Assembly: GCA_944332005.1 (NCBI GenBank)
Contig: CALVJD010000002.1
Coordinates: forward strand, 3,836-67,835
Origin: an uncultured Bacilli bacterium
GTDB taxonomy: Bacteria; Bacillota_I; Bacilli_A; RF39; UBA660
Direction of reading: 5' to 3'
DNA: 64,000 bases
Shown: positions 49,794 through 59,112 of the stretch, one piece after another
Position numbering within the stretch: the stretch's first letter is position 1
Layout: the number at the start of each line of letters is the position of its first letter
Program-made: the position numbers and the translations under genes
The notes under the pieces: generated by a model
Databases searched by the model: none
The model's input: the letters and a program-made list of their open reading frames with translations, nothing else
What the model was told of the DNA's origin: nothing

Positions 49794-51995
49794 ATGGCGA
49801 AGAAAAAAAAGAGAAAAGAAACAAAAAAAACGGATAGTGGTTATAAAATAGAATTGACCGGATTATTATTTATTTTGATTGCGATTATTGGTTTTGGGCG
49901 ATTTGGAATCGTAGGAAGATGTATTGGGGACTTTTCTGCGTTTTTAGTTGGTAGTTGGTACAATGTATTATTAGTAGCATTTTTAATTGTTGGTGGGTTT
50001 ATGATGATTAAAAGAAGTGTACCAAACTTTTTTACATCAAAATTAATTGGAATTTATGTTTTTGTGATTGGGATTTTGGTTTTTTCTCATATTAGTTATG
50101 TAAAGCAGAATTCTTTGGCAGGAATGGATATTATCACGGAAACAGTCAATAACTTTATGGCAGCTACCAAAAATATTGCCGTCATTCAAGGAGGAGGAAT
50201 TTTAGGAGCTTGTTTCTCTTGGGGCTTTGTCCAATTATTCGATATCAAAGGAACAGAGATTGTCATGTGGGCACTACTCGTATGTGGGGTTGTCATGTTT
50301 ACAGGGATGTCGATTATGGATATGATTCAAAATGCAAAAGAAAAAGCGAAGAAAGCCCTTGTTCATAAGAAACAAGAAAATGATGAATTGGAAATTAAAA
50401 AAGCAGAAGATAATTTTGAAAGGGATGGCAAGATTGTCGTATCCAGTGTCGATGAATTGATTCATAATGGAGAAGAGGCAAAGAAAAATACGTCTCCGAT
50501 CAGTAATCAAGCTGTCGAAGTACCAGTTGGGCCAATCGATACAAGAGGATATCATTATCCGCCTCTTAGCTTATTGAAACGTCCTGGCAAGACGAACAAT
50601 AAAGAAAATGAAGCGGCGATCAAAGAAACCGTTCCTATCTTAGGAGAAGTGTTCAAAGATTTTGGTATCGAAGGGAAAGTCGTCAAAGCGAATATTGGTC
50701 CGTCAGTTACACAGTACGAAATGGAAATTAAAGCGGGTACGAAAGTAAGTAAAATTTTGAGTATCAATCGTGAAATCGCTCTGGCTCTTGCTGCGAAAGA
50801 TGTGCGAATCCAGGCTCCGATTCCAGGGAAGCGTACGATTGGTATCGAGATACCGAATAAATCAATTTCAACGGTCAGTGTGAGAGAAATATTAGAAAGT
50901 GTTCCAAGTTCCCTAGATAGTAGCAAATTACTTGCAACGTTAGGACGTGATATCATGGGACAACCACAATGGATGGAAATCAATAAGACCCCTCACTTGT
51001 TAGTAGCAGGAGCGACAGGAAGTGGTAAATCGGTATGCATCAATAGTATTATCACATCTATTTTAATGCGTGCTAAACCAGACGAAGTAAAATTGGTTTT
51101 AGTGGATCCGAAAAAAGTAGAATTATCGATGTATAATGGTGTTCCACACCTCTTGATTCCCGTTGTCACTGATCCTAAAAAAGCAAATATTGCTTTGAAG
51201 AAAATGGTTAGTGAAATGGAAAATCGTTATGATAAATTCGAAGCGACGGGAACAAAAAATATCGCTGGATACAACATGTATGTAGAAAAACAAAATGAGC
51301 ACTTACCAGAAGCAGATAAGATGCGTAAACTGCCTTATATTGTCGTTATTATCGATGAACTTGCTGACCTTATGTTAGTAGCAGCAAAAGAGGTCGAAGA
51401 TTCAATCATGCGAATTACCCAAATGGCGCGTGCAGCAGGAATTCATTTGATCGTTGCAACTCAACGTCCTTCTACCGATGTTATTACAGGTGTCGTAAAG
51501 GCGAATATCCCATCTCGTATTTCCTTTGCGGTATCGAGTGGAATCGATTCTCGTACAATTCTTGATATGGTTGGAGCAGAAAAATTGTTGGGAAAAGGTG
51601 ATATGCTTTTCTTACCACAAGGAGAGAATACACCGATTCGTATTCAAGGAACTTTTATCTCTGATGAGGAAATCAAAGCTGTTGTCGACTATACCATTTC
51701 TCAGCAACGTGCTCGTTATGACGAAAGTTTTCTACTCGATGAAGAAGAAGCTAAAGCAACGACGATGGTCGATGATAAAGACGATTATGAAGAACCTCTT
51801 TATAACGAAATTGTCGAATTTGTCGTAACACAAGGAAAAGCAAGTGCTTCTTTGTTACAACGAAGGTTTCGTCTTGGATATAATCGAGCAGCAAGATGCA
51901 TTGATTTATTAGAAGAACGTGGTATCATTGGGCCAAATAATGGATCTAAACCACGAGAAGTATTAGTAAAAGTGGAAAAGGATCATGAGCAGTAG
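49794..51995 (+). CDS. ftsK: DNA translocase FtsK/SpoIIIE
   Basis: N-terminal TM helices, Walker A GATGSGKS, and a gamma winged-helix C-terminus. Confidence 0.9.
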   Translation: MAKKKKRKETKKTDSGYKIELTGLLFILIAIIGFGRFGIVGRCIGDFSAFLVGSWYNVLLVAFLIVGGFMMIKRSVPNFFTSKLIGIYVFVIGILVFSHISYVKQNSLAGMDIITETVNNFMAATKNIAVIQGGGILGACFSWGFVQLFDIKGTEIVMWALLVCGVVMFTGMSIMDMIQNAKEKAKKALVHKKQENDELEIKKAEDNFERDGKIVVSSVDELIHNGEEAKKNTSPISNQAVEVPVGPIDTRGYHYPPLSLLKRPGKTNNKENEAAIKETVPILGEVFKDFGIEGKVVKANIGPSVTQYEMEIKAGTKVSKILSINREIALALAAKDVRIQAPIPGKRTIGIEIPNKSISTVSVREILESVPSSLDSSKLLATLGRDIMGQPQWMEINKTPHLLVAGATGSGKSVCINSIITSILMRAKPDEVKLVLVDPKKVELSMYNGVPHLLIPVVTDPKKANIALKKMVSEMENRYDKFEATGTKNIAGYNMYVEKQNEHLPEADKMRKLPYIVVIIDELADLMLVAAKEVEDSIMRITQMARAAGIHLIVATQRPSTDVITGVVKANIPSRISFAVSSGIDSRTILDMVGAEKLLGKGDMLFLPQGENTPIRIQGTFISDEEIKAVVDYTISQQRARYDESFLLDEEEAKATTMVDDKDDYEEPLYNEIVEFVVTQGKASASLLQRRFRLGYNRAARCIDLLEERGIIGPNNGSKPREVLVKVEKDHEQ

Positions 51996-52066
51996 AAACT
52001 ACTGCTTTTATTTGACACTAAAGGAATTTTAAATTATAATACAGATGCGAAAGAGAGGAAAATAAG

Positions 52067-53080
52067 ATGTTAGAGACCGAGTTATATCAAATTTTAAATG
52101 ATCAAATAGCTTGCAGGAGAAAGATCGAACAATTAAAAGAGAATCAAAAAGAATGGAAAGAACGACATCTTTATCTTTTTTTGTGCTATCAAAATTATCA
52201 AGACATGATTTCTTTGATGGTAAATTATAGTAGATTATATCAGAGAAAGATTTATGAATTGACTGCCTCAGATTCTATTTCTAAAGAAGAAATGGAATCC
52301 CAATTAGATGATGAATTAAAAAAAGTAGAAGCGAAAGAAAAAGAACTTGACTATAAGAAGAATGTATTAGCTCATACTTCTTTGTTCCAGCAATATCAAA
52401 ATTATCAAAATGAAAAAGGTCGTTTATTAAAACATTTATCTTTATGCAACCGTTCAGAGGAACGACAAATTATTTATCAATTTATTCATAATATACAAAG
52501 TAAAATTACGATGTTTGAAAAGAAGAATCAAGATTTTTTATATTATTATCGTCAACTTGAACGTCAAATCGCTCTTATTAAACAAATAGAGCAAGAAATC
52601 ATGGTAGGAAAACAACGATTGTTTTGTCTTTCTGAAGCAGATGGATCAAAACAAAAATGGTATGCTGATTGGTTGTATCGTCAAAGAACGCGTTGTTATT
52701 TAGAAAAAGTTCAGCAATTAAATAAACAATTGACAGTATTTGAACAAAAACCAAAATTAAAAGAGTATCACACCTTAATGCTTGCATTGACACGTTATGA
52801 ATTACAAAATCAAATATTCCATAATCAAGAAAAAGAATTACGATCTATGCCTCACGAATGTCGCTGGGTAGTAGTAAAAGAAGATAAATCAGAGCTGCAT
52901 TTAAAATGTCTGATTTGTCAAAAAGAAATAGTTTCTAAAAAAGATGAGGTGCCAGTAGATTATTATCGTGATGGAAATGAAACCATATTTTATAGTAAGA
53001 AAAAAGAACGCAAAATTTTGAAAGAATTGGCGAAGCCAGAATTGGAAAGAAGTTTAAAAAAGGTAAAACGTAACATTTAA
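52067..53080 (+). CDS. hypothetical coiled-coil protein with a C-terminal CxxC-containing segment
   Basis: 337 aa, Q/K/E-rich. Contains C..C...HLKCLIC. Confidence 0.45.
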   Translation: MLETELYQILNDQIACRRKIEQLKENQKEWKERHLYLFLCYQNYQDMISLMVNYSRLYQRKIYELTASDSISKEEMESQLDDELKKVEAKEKELDYKKNVLAHTSLFQQYQNYQNEKGRLLKHLSLCNRSEERQIIYQFIHNIQSKITMFEKKNQDFLYYYRQLERQIALIKQIEQEIMVGKQRLFCLSEADGSKQKWYADWLYRQRTRCYLEKVQQLNKQLTVFEQKPKLKEYHTLMLALTRYELQNQIFHNQEKELRSMPHECRWVVVKEDKSELHLKCLICQKEIVSKKDEVPVDYYRDGNETIFYSKKKERKILKELAKPELERSLKKVKRNI

Positions 53081-53149
53081 AATTGTCTACTAGACAATTT
53101 TTTCTTTAAAAATAAAGAGAAATATGATAAAATGACAATGGTGAAAGAT

Positions 53150-55066
53150 ATGGCAAAATATGATGAAAGCTCGATAAAAATTTTAGAAGGACTAGAAGCA
53201 GTTCGAAAACGCCCAGGAATGTATATTGGTTCGACTGACAAAAGAGGACTTCATCACTTAGTATGGGAGATCGTCGATAACGGAATCGATGAAATCATCA
53301 ATGGTTATGGAGATCACATTAAAGTAATGATCCAAAAAGATGGCAGCATTAGTGTCGAAGACAATGGACGTGGTATTCCAACAGGGATGCATAGTAGTGG
53401 TATTTCGACTCCGGAAGTCATCTATACGATTTTACATGCTGGTGGTAAATTCGAAAGTGGTGGATATAAAGTATCTGGTGGACTTCATGGGGTTGGAGCC
53501 AGTGTTGTCAATGCTTTAAGTGAATGGATGGAAGTTTATATTAAACATGATGGTTACGAACACTATATTCGTTTTGAAAATGGTGGACATACGACGGTTC
53601 CACTCAAAAAACTAGGTAAAACCAACAAAACGGGAACTCGTGTTATTTTTAAACCGGATTCTACCATTTTTTCTAGTACGACATTTTCTTATACGACAAT
53701 TTGTGAAAGAATGCAAGAATGTGCTTTTCTTTTAAAACAACTCACAGTGGAAGTGATCGATGAGGCAGATGAGAAAGCGGAAACTTTTCATTATGATAAT
53801 GGACTTTATTCGTTTGTCGAATATATGAATGAGGATAAAAAGCCTCTTCACAAAGTGATTGCTTTTGAAGGAAATAAAGATACCATTGAAGTCGACATCG
53901 CTTTTCAATATACAGATACCTATAATGAAAATATTATTTCCTTTGTCAACAATGTCAAAACAAATGATGGTGGAAGTCATGAGGTCGGCTTTAAAACTGC
54001 CATTACTCGTGTTTTTAATGACTATGCTCGTGCCAATGGATATCTAAAAGCAAAAGATAAAAATTTGGAAGGAAGCGATACACGAGAAGGATTGACAGCT
54101 GTGATTAGTTTACAGATACCAGAAAATCTCCTTCAATTCGAAGGACAGACGAAAGGAAAACTAGGAACCCCAGAAGCGCGTAACGTTGTCGATAGTGTTG
54201 TCAGTGAGAAATTGCAGTTTTTTTTAGAGGAGAACAAAGAGATTGCGACGACTTTGTTAACGAAGATGGTACGCAGTAAAGCAGCTCGTGAAGCAGCTAG
54301 GAAGGCACGCGATGAAGCACGTAACGGTAAGGATAAAAGTAAGAAAGAACGACTTTTATCAGGAAAACTCGCACCGGCTCAGACAAAAAATCCGAAGAAA
54401 AACGAACTCTTTTTAGTCGAAGGAGATTCGGCCGGAGGATCAGCAAAACAAGGAAGAGATAGTAAATTTCAAGCGATTTTACCACTTAGAGGTAAAGTTT
54501 TAAATACCGAAAAAACAAAAATGGAAGATATTTTGAAAAACGAAGAGATCAATACGATGATTTATACAATAGGAGCAGGGGTCGGAAGTGATTTTGTGGT
54601 TGAAGATAGTAATTATGATAAAGTTATCATCATGACCGATGCCGATGTCGATGGTTCTCATATTCAGATTCTTCTACTTACATTCTTCTATCGTTATATG
54701 AAACCGTTGATTGAAGCAGGAAAGCTTTACATTGCAAGGCCACCGCTTTATAAAATCGATTATGGAAAAAAACATTTTTATGCTTGGACGGATGAGGAGT
54801 GGAAGGAAATTGTAAGTAACAATACAGGAAAACCAGTTGTTCAACGTTATAAAGGTCTAGGAGAAATGAATGCGAATCAATTATGGGAAACGACGATGAA
54901 CCCAGAGACGAGAGGACTTATCAAAATCAGTATTACCGATGCGGCTTTAGCTGAAAAACGTGTTAGTATTTTAATGGGGGATAAAGTAGAACCTCGTAAA
55001 GAATGGATTGAAGAGAACGTTGAATTCTCATTAGAAGATAATTATGCGATTCATATTGATCGTTAA
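53150..55066 (+). CDS. parE: DNA topoisomerase IV subunit B (type IIA topoisomerase ATPase subunit)
   Basis: GHKL ATPase and TOPRIM motifs (EGDSAGG). The start at 53150 is MAKYDESSI. It is called ParE because it pairs with the gene below, away from the oriC context. Confidence 0.8.
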   Translation: MAKYDESSIKILEGLEAVRKRPGMYIGSTDKRGLHHLVWEIVDNGIDEIINGYGDHIKVMIQKDGSISVEDNGRGIPTGMHSSGISTPEVIYTILHAGGKFESGGYKVSGGLHGVGASVVNALSEWMEVYIKHDGYEHYIRFENGGHTTVPLKKLGKTNKTGTRVIFKPDSTIFSSTTFSYTTICERMQECAFLLKQLTVEVIDEADEKAETFHYDNGLYSFVEYMNEDKKPLHKVIAFEGNKDTIEVDIAFQYTDTYNENIISFVNNVKTNDGGSHEVGFKTAITRVFNDYARANGYLKAKDKNLEGSDTREGLTAVISLQIPENLLQFEGQTKGKLGTPEARNVVDSVVSEKLQFFLEENKEIATTLLTKMVRSKAAREAARKARDEARNGKDKSKKERLLSGKLAPAQTKNPKKNELFLVEGDSAGGSAKQGRDSKFQAILPLRGKVLNTEKTKMEDILKNEEINTMIYTIGAGVGSDFVVEDSNYDKVIIMTDADVDGSHIQILLLTFFYRYMKPLIEAGKLYIARPPLYKIDYGKKHFYAWTDEEWKEIVSNNTGKPVVQRYKGLGEMNANQLWETTMNPETRGLIKISITDAALAEKRVSILMGDKVEPRKEWIEENVEFSLEDNYAIHIDR

Positions 55067-55146
55067 AAATAGAGAAGCAAAGAATCATCGCTGGTATTCT
55101 TTGCTTTTCTTATGTTTTTCTGATATAATTCTAATGGTGAGATAAG

Positions 55147-57678
55147 ATGCAAGAAGTAATAAAACGAATTTATGATTATTCCTTAGAGGAAATCATGGGA
55201 GAACGTTTTGGAGAGTATGCAAAATCGATTATTCAAGATCGTGCTATACCAGATGTTCGTGACGGATTAAAACCAGTTCAAAGAAGAATTCTATATGGCA
55301 TGTACCGCGACAAAAATACATATGATAAACCTTATCGAAAAAGTGCAAAGTCAGTAGGAATTATCATGGGTAATTATCACCCTCATGGTGACTCTAGTAT
55401 TTATGATGCCATGGTTCGTATGAGTCAATGGTGGAAACAAAATACACCATATATCGATATGCATGGTAATAATGGATCGATGGATGGAGATAGTCCGGCA
55501 GCAATGCGTTATACGGAAGCAAGACTAGCCAAAATTAGTAATGAACTATTGAAAGATATCGATAAAGATACGATCAGTTGGGCTCCTAACTTTGATGATA
55601 CGGAACTTGAACCAACGGTTTTACCTGCTAAGTTTCCTAATTTGCTTGTCAATGGGGCAACTGGTATTAGTGCTGGATATGCCACGAATATTCCTCCCCA
55701 TAATTTAGGAGAAGTAATCGATGCGACGATTAAACGAATTGATAACCCTAATTGTCGTCTAGAGACCATTATGGATATTATGCCTGGACCCGATTTTCCA
55801 ACGGGAGGAATTATCGAAGGAAAAAAAGGAATCGAAGATGCATTCTGCACGGGACGAGGTCGTATTGTGATTCGTTCGAAAGTAGAGTTTGTTGAAGAAA
55901 AAGGACGCAATCAATTAGTGATTACAGAAATTCCATTTGAGGTGAATCGTGAGGGATTAGCGCGTGCCATTAACGATATTCGAATCGATAAAAAAGTCGA
56001 TGGTATTTTAGATGTTCGCAATGAATCTTCTGATCGCATTGGTCTAAGAATTGCGATCGATATGAAAAAAGATGCCAACAAAGATCTTATTTTAAATTAT
56101 CTTTATAAAAATACGGATTTACAAGTTTCTTATAATTATAATATGGTTGTAATCAATAATCGTAGACCGATGACATTAGGGGTATTACCCGTTTTAGATG
56201 CATATATTAGTTTTCAAAAAGAAGTCATCGAAAAAAGAACACGTTTTGATTTAGATGTCGCCAATCGTCGTCTTCACATTGTCGATGGATATTTAAAAGC
56301 AATCAGTATTTTAGACGAATTAATTAAAGTCATTCGTGCTAGTAAAGATAAAGCGGATGCGGGGAGAAATATTGTTGCGAAGTTTGGCTTTACGGAAATT
56401 CAAGCGAAAGCTATTCTCGACCTACAACTTTATCGATTGACAAACCTTGATATTGTCGCTTTTACTGATGAAGCTAGTAAATTAAAGCTTATCATCCATG
56501 GGTTACAAGCAATCTTAGCTGATGAAAACAAACTTCGTGATGTCATGAAAAAAGAACTTCGCGATATCAAAAAAGAATATGCGACACCAAGAAAGAGTGT
56601 TATTCATGATGAAATTACGGAAATTAAAATTGAGAAGACTGAGATGATCACGAAAGAAGACTGTATGGTTGTCGTAACAAAAGAAGGATACGTAAAACGT
56701 GTCTCATTACGTAGTTACGGTGCAAGTAATGGGGAGGCTCCAATGGTAAAAGATGGAGATTATCCAATTGGTATCTATGAGATGAATACATTAGATACAT
56801 TATTGCTGTTTACAGATATGGGAAATTATCTATATGTGCCAGTTCACGAAATCCCTGATTTGAAATGGAAAGAACTTGGTAAACACATCAGTAACATTAT
56901 TAAAACCAAGGCCGATGAAAATATCATCAGTAGTATCCCTGTTTATGCTTTTGATGATAAGCATTATATTACCTTATTTAGTCGTAATGGTATGGTCAAA
57001 AGAACACTATTATCCGAATTTGAAGTAACACGTTATAGTAAACCGATCGTATGCATGAAATTAAAGGGAGACGATCGTATGCTCACAGCTGTTATGAGTC
57101 CTAAAAAAGATATTTTCATTGCAACGCACCAAGGATATGGACTTTGGTTCGGTATTGAAGAAGTGCCAATGTCGGGCGTTAAATCTTCGGGAGTAAAAGC
57201 AATTGGACTTAAAAATGATTATGTTGTAAGTGCGACACTATTTGATGGAAGCGCAGAATATGTAACGGTTATTACGGAAAAGAATACAGCAAAACGAATT
57301 AAGATTAGCGAATTTGATAAGACCAGTCGCGCTCGCCGTGGATTACTACTTGTACGAGAAGTTAAAACGAATCCATATCACATTTTGAAAGTGTTTCTCG
57401 TATCCCATAAAACCTTATTGGGAATTAAAACAAAAGAAGAACAACGTACTTTTAAAATCACAGAATGTCCAATTACGGATCGTTATTCGACTGGAAGTGT
57501 TATTTCGAAACAGGCAATTTTGGATAGTTATCCAATCGTAGAACCTCAAACAAAAGAGCAAACGGAAGATAATGCTGTGATTGAAGTTCCCAAAGAAAAT
57601 GTGTCTTTGAAAGAAGTGGATGAAAGAATTATGACGATCGATGATTTTTTAGACGAGATCGAAGATCATGAATCATAG
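55147..57678 (+). CDS. parC: DNA topoisomerase IV subunit A
   Basis: Type IIA A-subunit motifs with the active-site Tyr region AAMRYTEARL. Adjacent to the B subunit. Confidence 0.8.
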   Translation: MQEVIKRIYDYSLEEIMGERFGEYAKSIIQDRAIPDVRDGLKPVQRRILYGMYRDKNTYDKPYRKSAKSVGIIMGNYHPHGDSSIYDAMVRMSQWWKQNTPYIDMHGNNGSMDGDSPAAMRYTEARLAKISNELLKDIDKDTISWAPNFDDTELEPTVLPAKFPNLLVNGATGISAGYATNIPPHNLGEVIDATIKRIDNPNCRLETIMDIMPGPDFPTGGIIEGKKGIEDAFCTGRGRIVIRSKVEFVEEKGRNQLVITEIPFEVNREGLARAINDIRIDKKVDGILDVRNESSDRIGLRIAIDMKKDANKDLILNYLYKNTDLQVSYNYNMVVINNRRPMTLGVLPVLDAYISFQKEVIEKRTRFDLDVANRRLHIVDGYLKAISILDELIKVIRASKDKADAGRNIVAKFGFTEIQAKAILDLQLYRLTNLDIVAFTDEASKLKLIIHGLQAILADENKLRDVMKKELRDIKKEYATPRKSVIHDEITEIKIEKTEMITKEDCMVVVTKEGYVKRVSLRSYGASNGEAPMVKDGDYPIGIYEMNTLDTLLLFTDMGNYLYVPVHEIPDLKWKELGKHISNIIKTKADENIISSIPVYAFDDKHYITLFSRNGMVKRTLLSEFEVTRYSKPIVCMKLKGDDRMLTAVMSPKKDIFIATHQGYGLWFGIEEVPMSGVKSSGVKAIGLKNDYVVSATLFDGSAEYVTVITEKNTAKRIKISEFDKTSRARRGLLLVREVKTNPYHILKVFLVSHKTLLGIKTKEEQRTFKITECPITDRYSTGSVISKQAILDSYPIVEPQTKEQTEDNAVIEVPKENVSLKEVDERIMTIDDFLDEIEDHES

Positions 57679-57685
57679 ATAGAAT

Positions 57686-57712
57686 AAGACATAACAAGGT
57701 TATGTCTTTTTG
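57686..57712 (+). terminator. rho-independent terminator
   Basis: aagacataac-aagg-ttatgtctt followed by a T-run. Confidence 0.75.
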
Positions 57713-57760
57713 TTTGGAAACATTTGGGACGATTTTCATATAATGAATTAGGTGGTTATC

Positions 57761-58153
57761 ATGGCGAAAAAAGAGGAATTTAAGGAATTTGTAAAAAAAC
57801 ATCCAAGACTTTTAAAGCCAGTTCAAAATGGCGAGACAACTTGGCAAAAACTTTATGAGATATATGATCTATATGGGGAAGAAGGAGAGGCTTGGAACGA
57901 TTATTTAAAACCGAAGAACGAGGATCGTGCATTGAATACTGAAAAAGCAGCGGTTGGTGCGGCAACAGGATTTGGCCTTGCCGAACTAGTAAACGTGTTT
58001 AAAAATCTTGATTTAGATAGTTTACAGAATGGAATTGGGAATATACAAAGAGTACTTGGAGTGATTCAAGATTTTGGACGAAAAGAGAATACGACTGATA
58101 CTAAGAAAACCCAATATAAACCAAGACCAATCTATAAACATTTTGAGGATTAA
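57761..58153 (+). CDS. YlbD-like protein (putative spore coat protein family)
   Basis: Synteny ylbD-ylbE-rsmD(ylbH) as in Bacillus subtilis. RBS aggtgg. Confidence 0.5.
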   Translation: MAKKEEFKEFVKKHPRLLKPVQNGETTWQKLYEIYDLYGEEGEAWNDYLKPKNEDRALNTEKAAVGAATGFGLAELVNVFKNLDLDSLQNGIGNIQRVLGVIQDFGRKENTTDTKKTQYKPRPIYKHFED

Positions 58154-58374
58154 TGGTATTAGATTTACAATTTAAAATTAAAAATAATCCCAATTACCAA
58201 CGTTATTTACGAGAACATTCTTATTGGTATAAAACACTCAATCGTGATCCTTCGACTTTTCGTGCTTTTGAAGAAGAAGTAAAAGATGCTTATCGACTGA
58301 GAACAAGCGATAAAATTAGTAAAGCTTTGGATACTTTAGAGATGGTAAGTGCATTGATGTCGACTTTGAAATAG
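58153..58374 (+). CDS. YlbE-like small protein
   Basis: NNPNYQRYLREHSYWYKTLNRDP resembles B. subtilis YlbE. TAATG overlap with the upstream gene. Confidence 0.55.
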   Translation: MVLDLQFKIKNNPNYQRYLREHSYWYKTLNRDPSTFRAFEEEVKDAYRLRTSDKISKALDTLEMVSALMSTLK

Positions 58375-58497
58375 AGTATAATAAAAAAAGAAAACTCATA
58401 AATATGAGTTTCTATGAAGGGGAGTATCGGTCGTGATCTTTCACGACATTACTATTATGGACAATCCTTTTTAGATTTATACGAAAGAAGTGACAAT

Positions 58498-59040
58498 ATG
58501 CGAATTATTAGTGGGAAATATAGAGGAAGAGTATTAAAAGGATTCGATATCGAAGGTACGAGACCAACGATGGATCGTGTTAAAGAATCCTTGTTTGCAA
58601 TGATTCAAGAGCAAGTGAAAGAAAGTATTTGTCTCGACTTATTTGCTGGAAGTGGGAATTTAGGAATAGAAGCATTATCGAATGGTGCAAAAGAATGTTA
58701 TTTTGTCGATCATAATAAGCTTGCTACAAAAACGATACAGGAAAATATGCAGGCACTAATATTAAAGGATGATGACTATATTTTTACGATGGATTATATG
58801 GATGCACTTCGTTACTTCGAAAGAGAACAAATCCAATTTGACATTATTTTTTTAGATCCTCCTTATCACATGAATGTCATTAGTTCAATCTTATCGTATA
58901 TTGTCGATCATCATTTGTTGACCGATAAAGGAATTGTTATCTGCGAATATGAAAAAGAAGAACCTACTAATCATCAATTAATACTATGGAAAGAACGTAA
59001 GTATGGTTCTAAGAAAATACGGATTTATCGAAATTGCTAA
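58498..59040 (+). CDS. rsmD: 16S rRNA (guanine966-N2)-methyltransferase RsmD
   Basis: Motifs LDLFAGSG and DIIFLDPPY. The start at 58498 is MRIISGKYRG. Confidence 0.85.
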   Translation: MRIISGKYRGRVLKGFDIEGTRPTMDRVKESLFAMIQEQVKESICLDLFAGSGNLGIEALSNGAKECYFVDHNKLATKTIQENMQALILKDDDYIFTMDYMDALRYFEREQIQFDIIFLDPPYHMNVISSILSYIVDHHLLTDKGIVICEYEKEEPTNHQLILWKERKYGSKKIRIYRNC

Positions 59041-59112
59041 TAGCAATTTTTTTGTTTGTAAACAGGATTTCTAACATTATTCCTCGTATATTTTTAATAG
59101 GAAGGTGAAAAG

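Noticed and set aside
50274-50983. Minus-strand ORFs inside ftsK
   Set aside because: They are antisense to conserved FtsK coding sequence. No RBS is present.
53132-57678. Alternative call as gyrB/gyrA
   Set aside because: There is no dnaA/dnaN/recF origin context. The pair lies between ftsK and ylbD-like genes. The assignment remains tentative without phylogeny.
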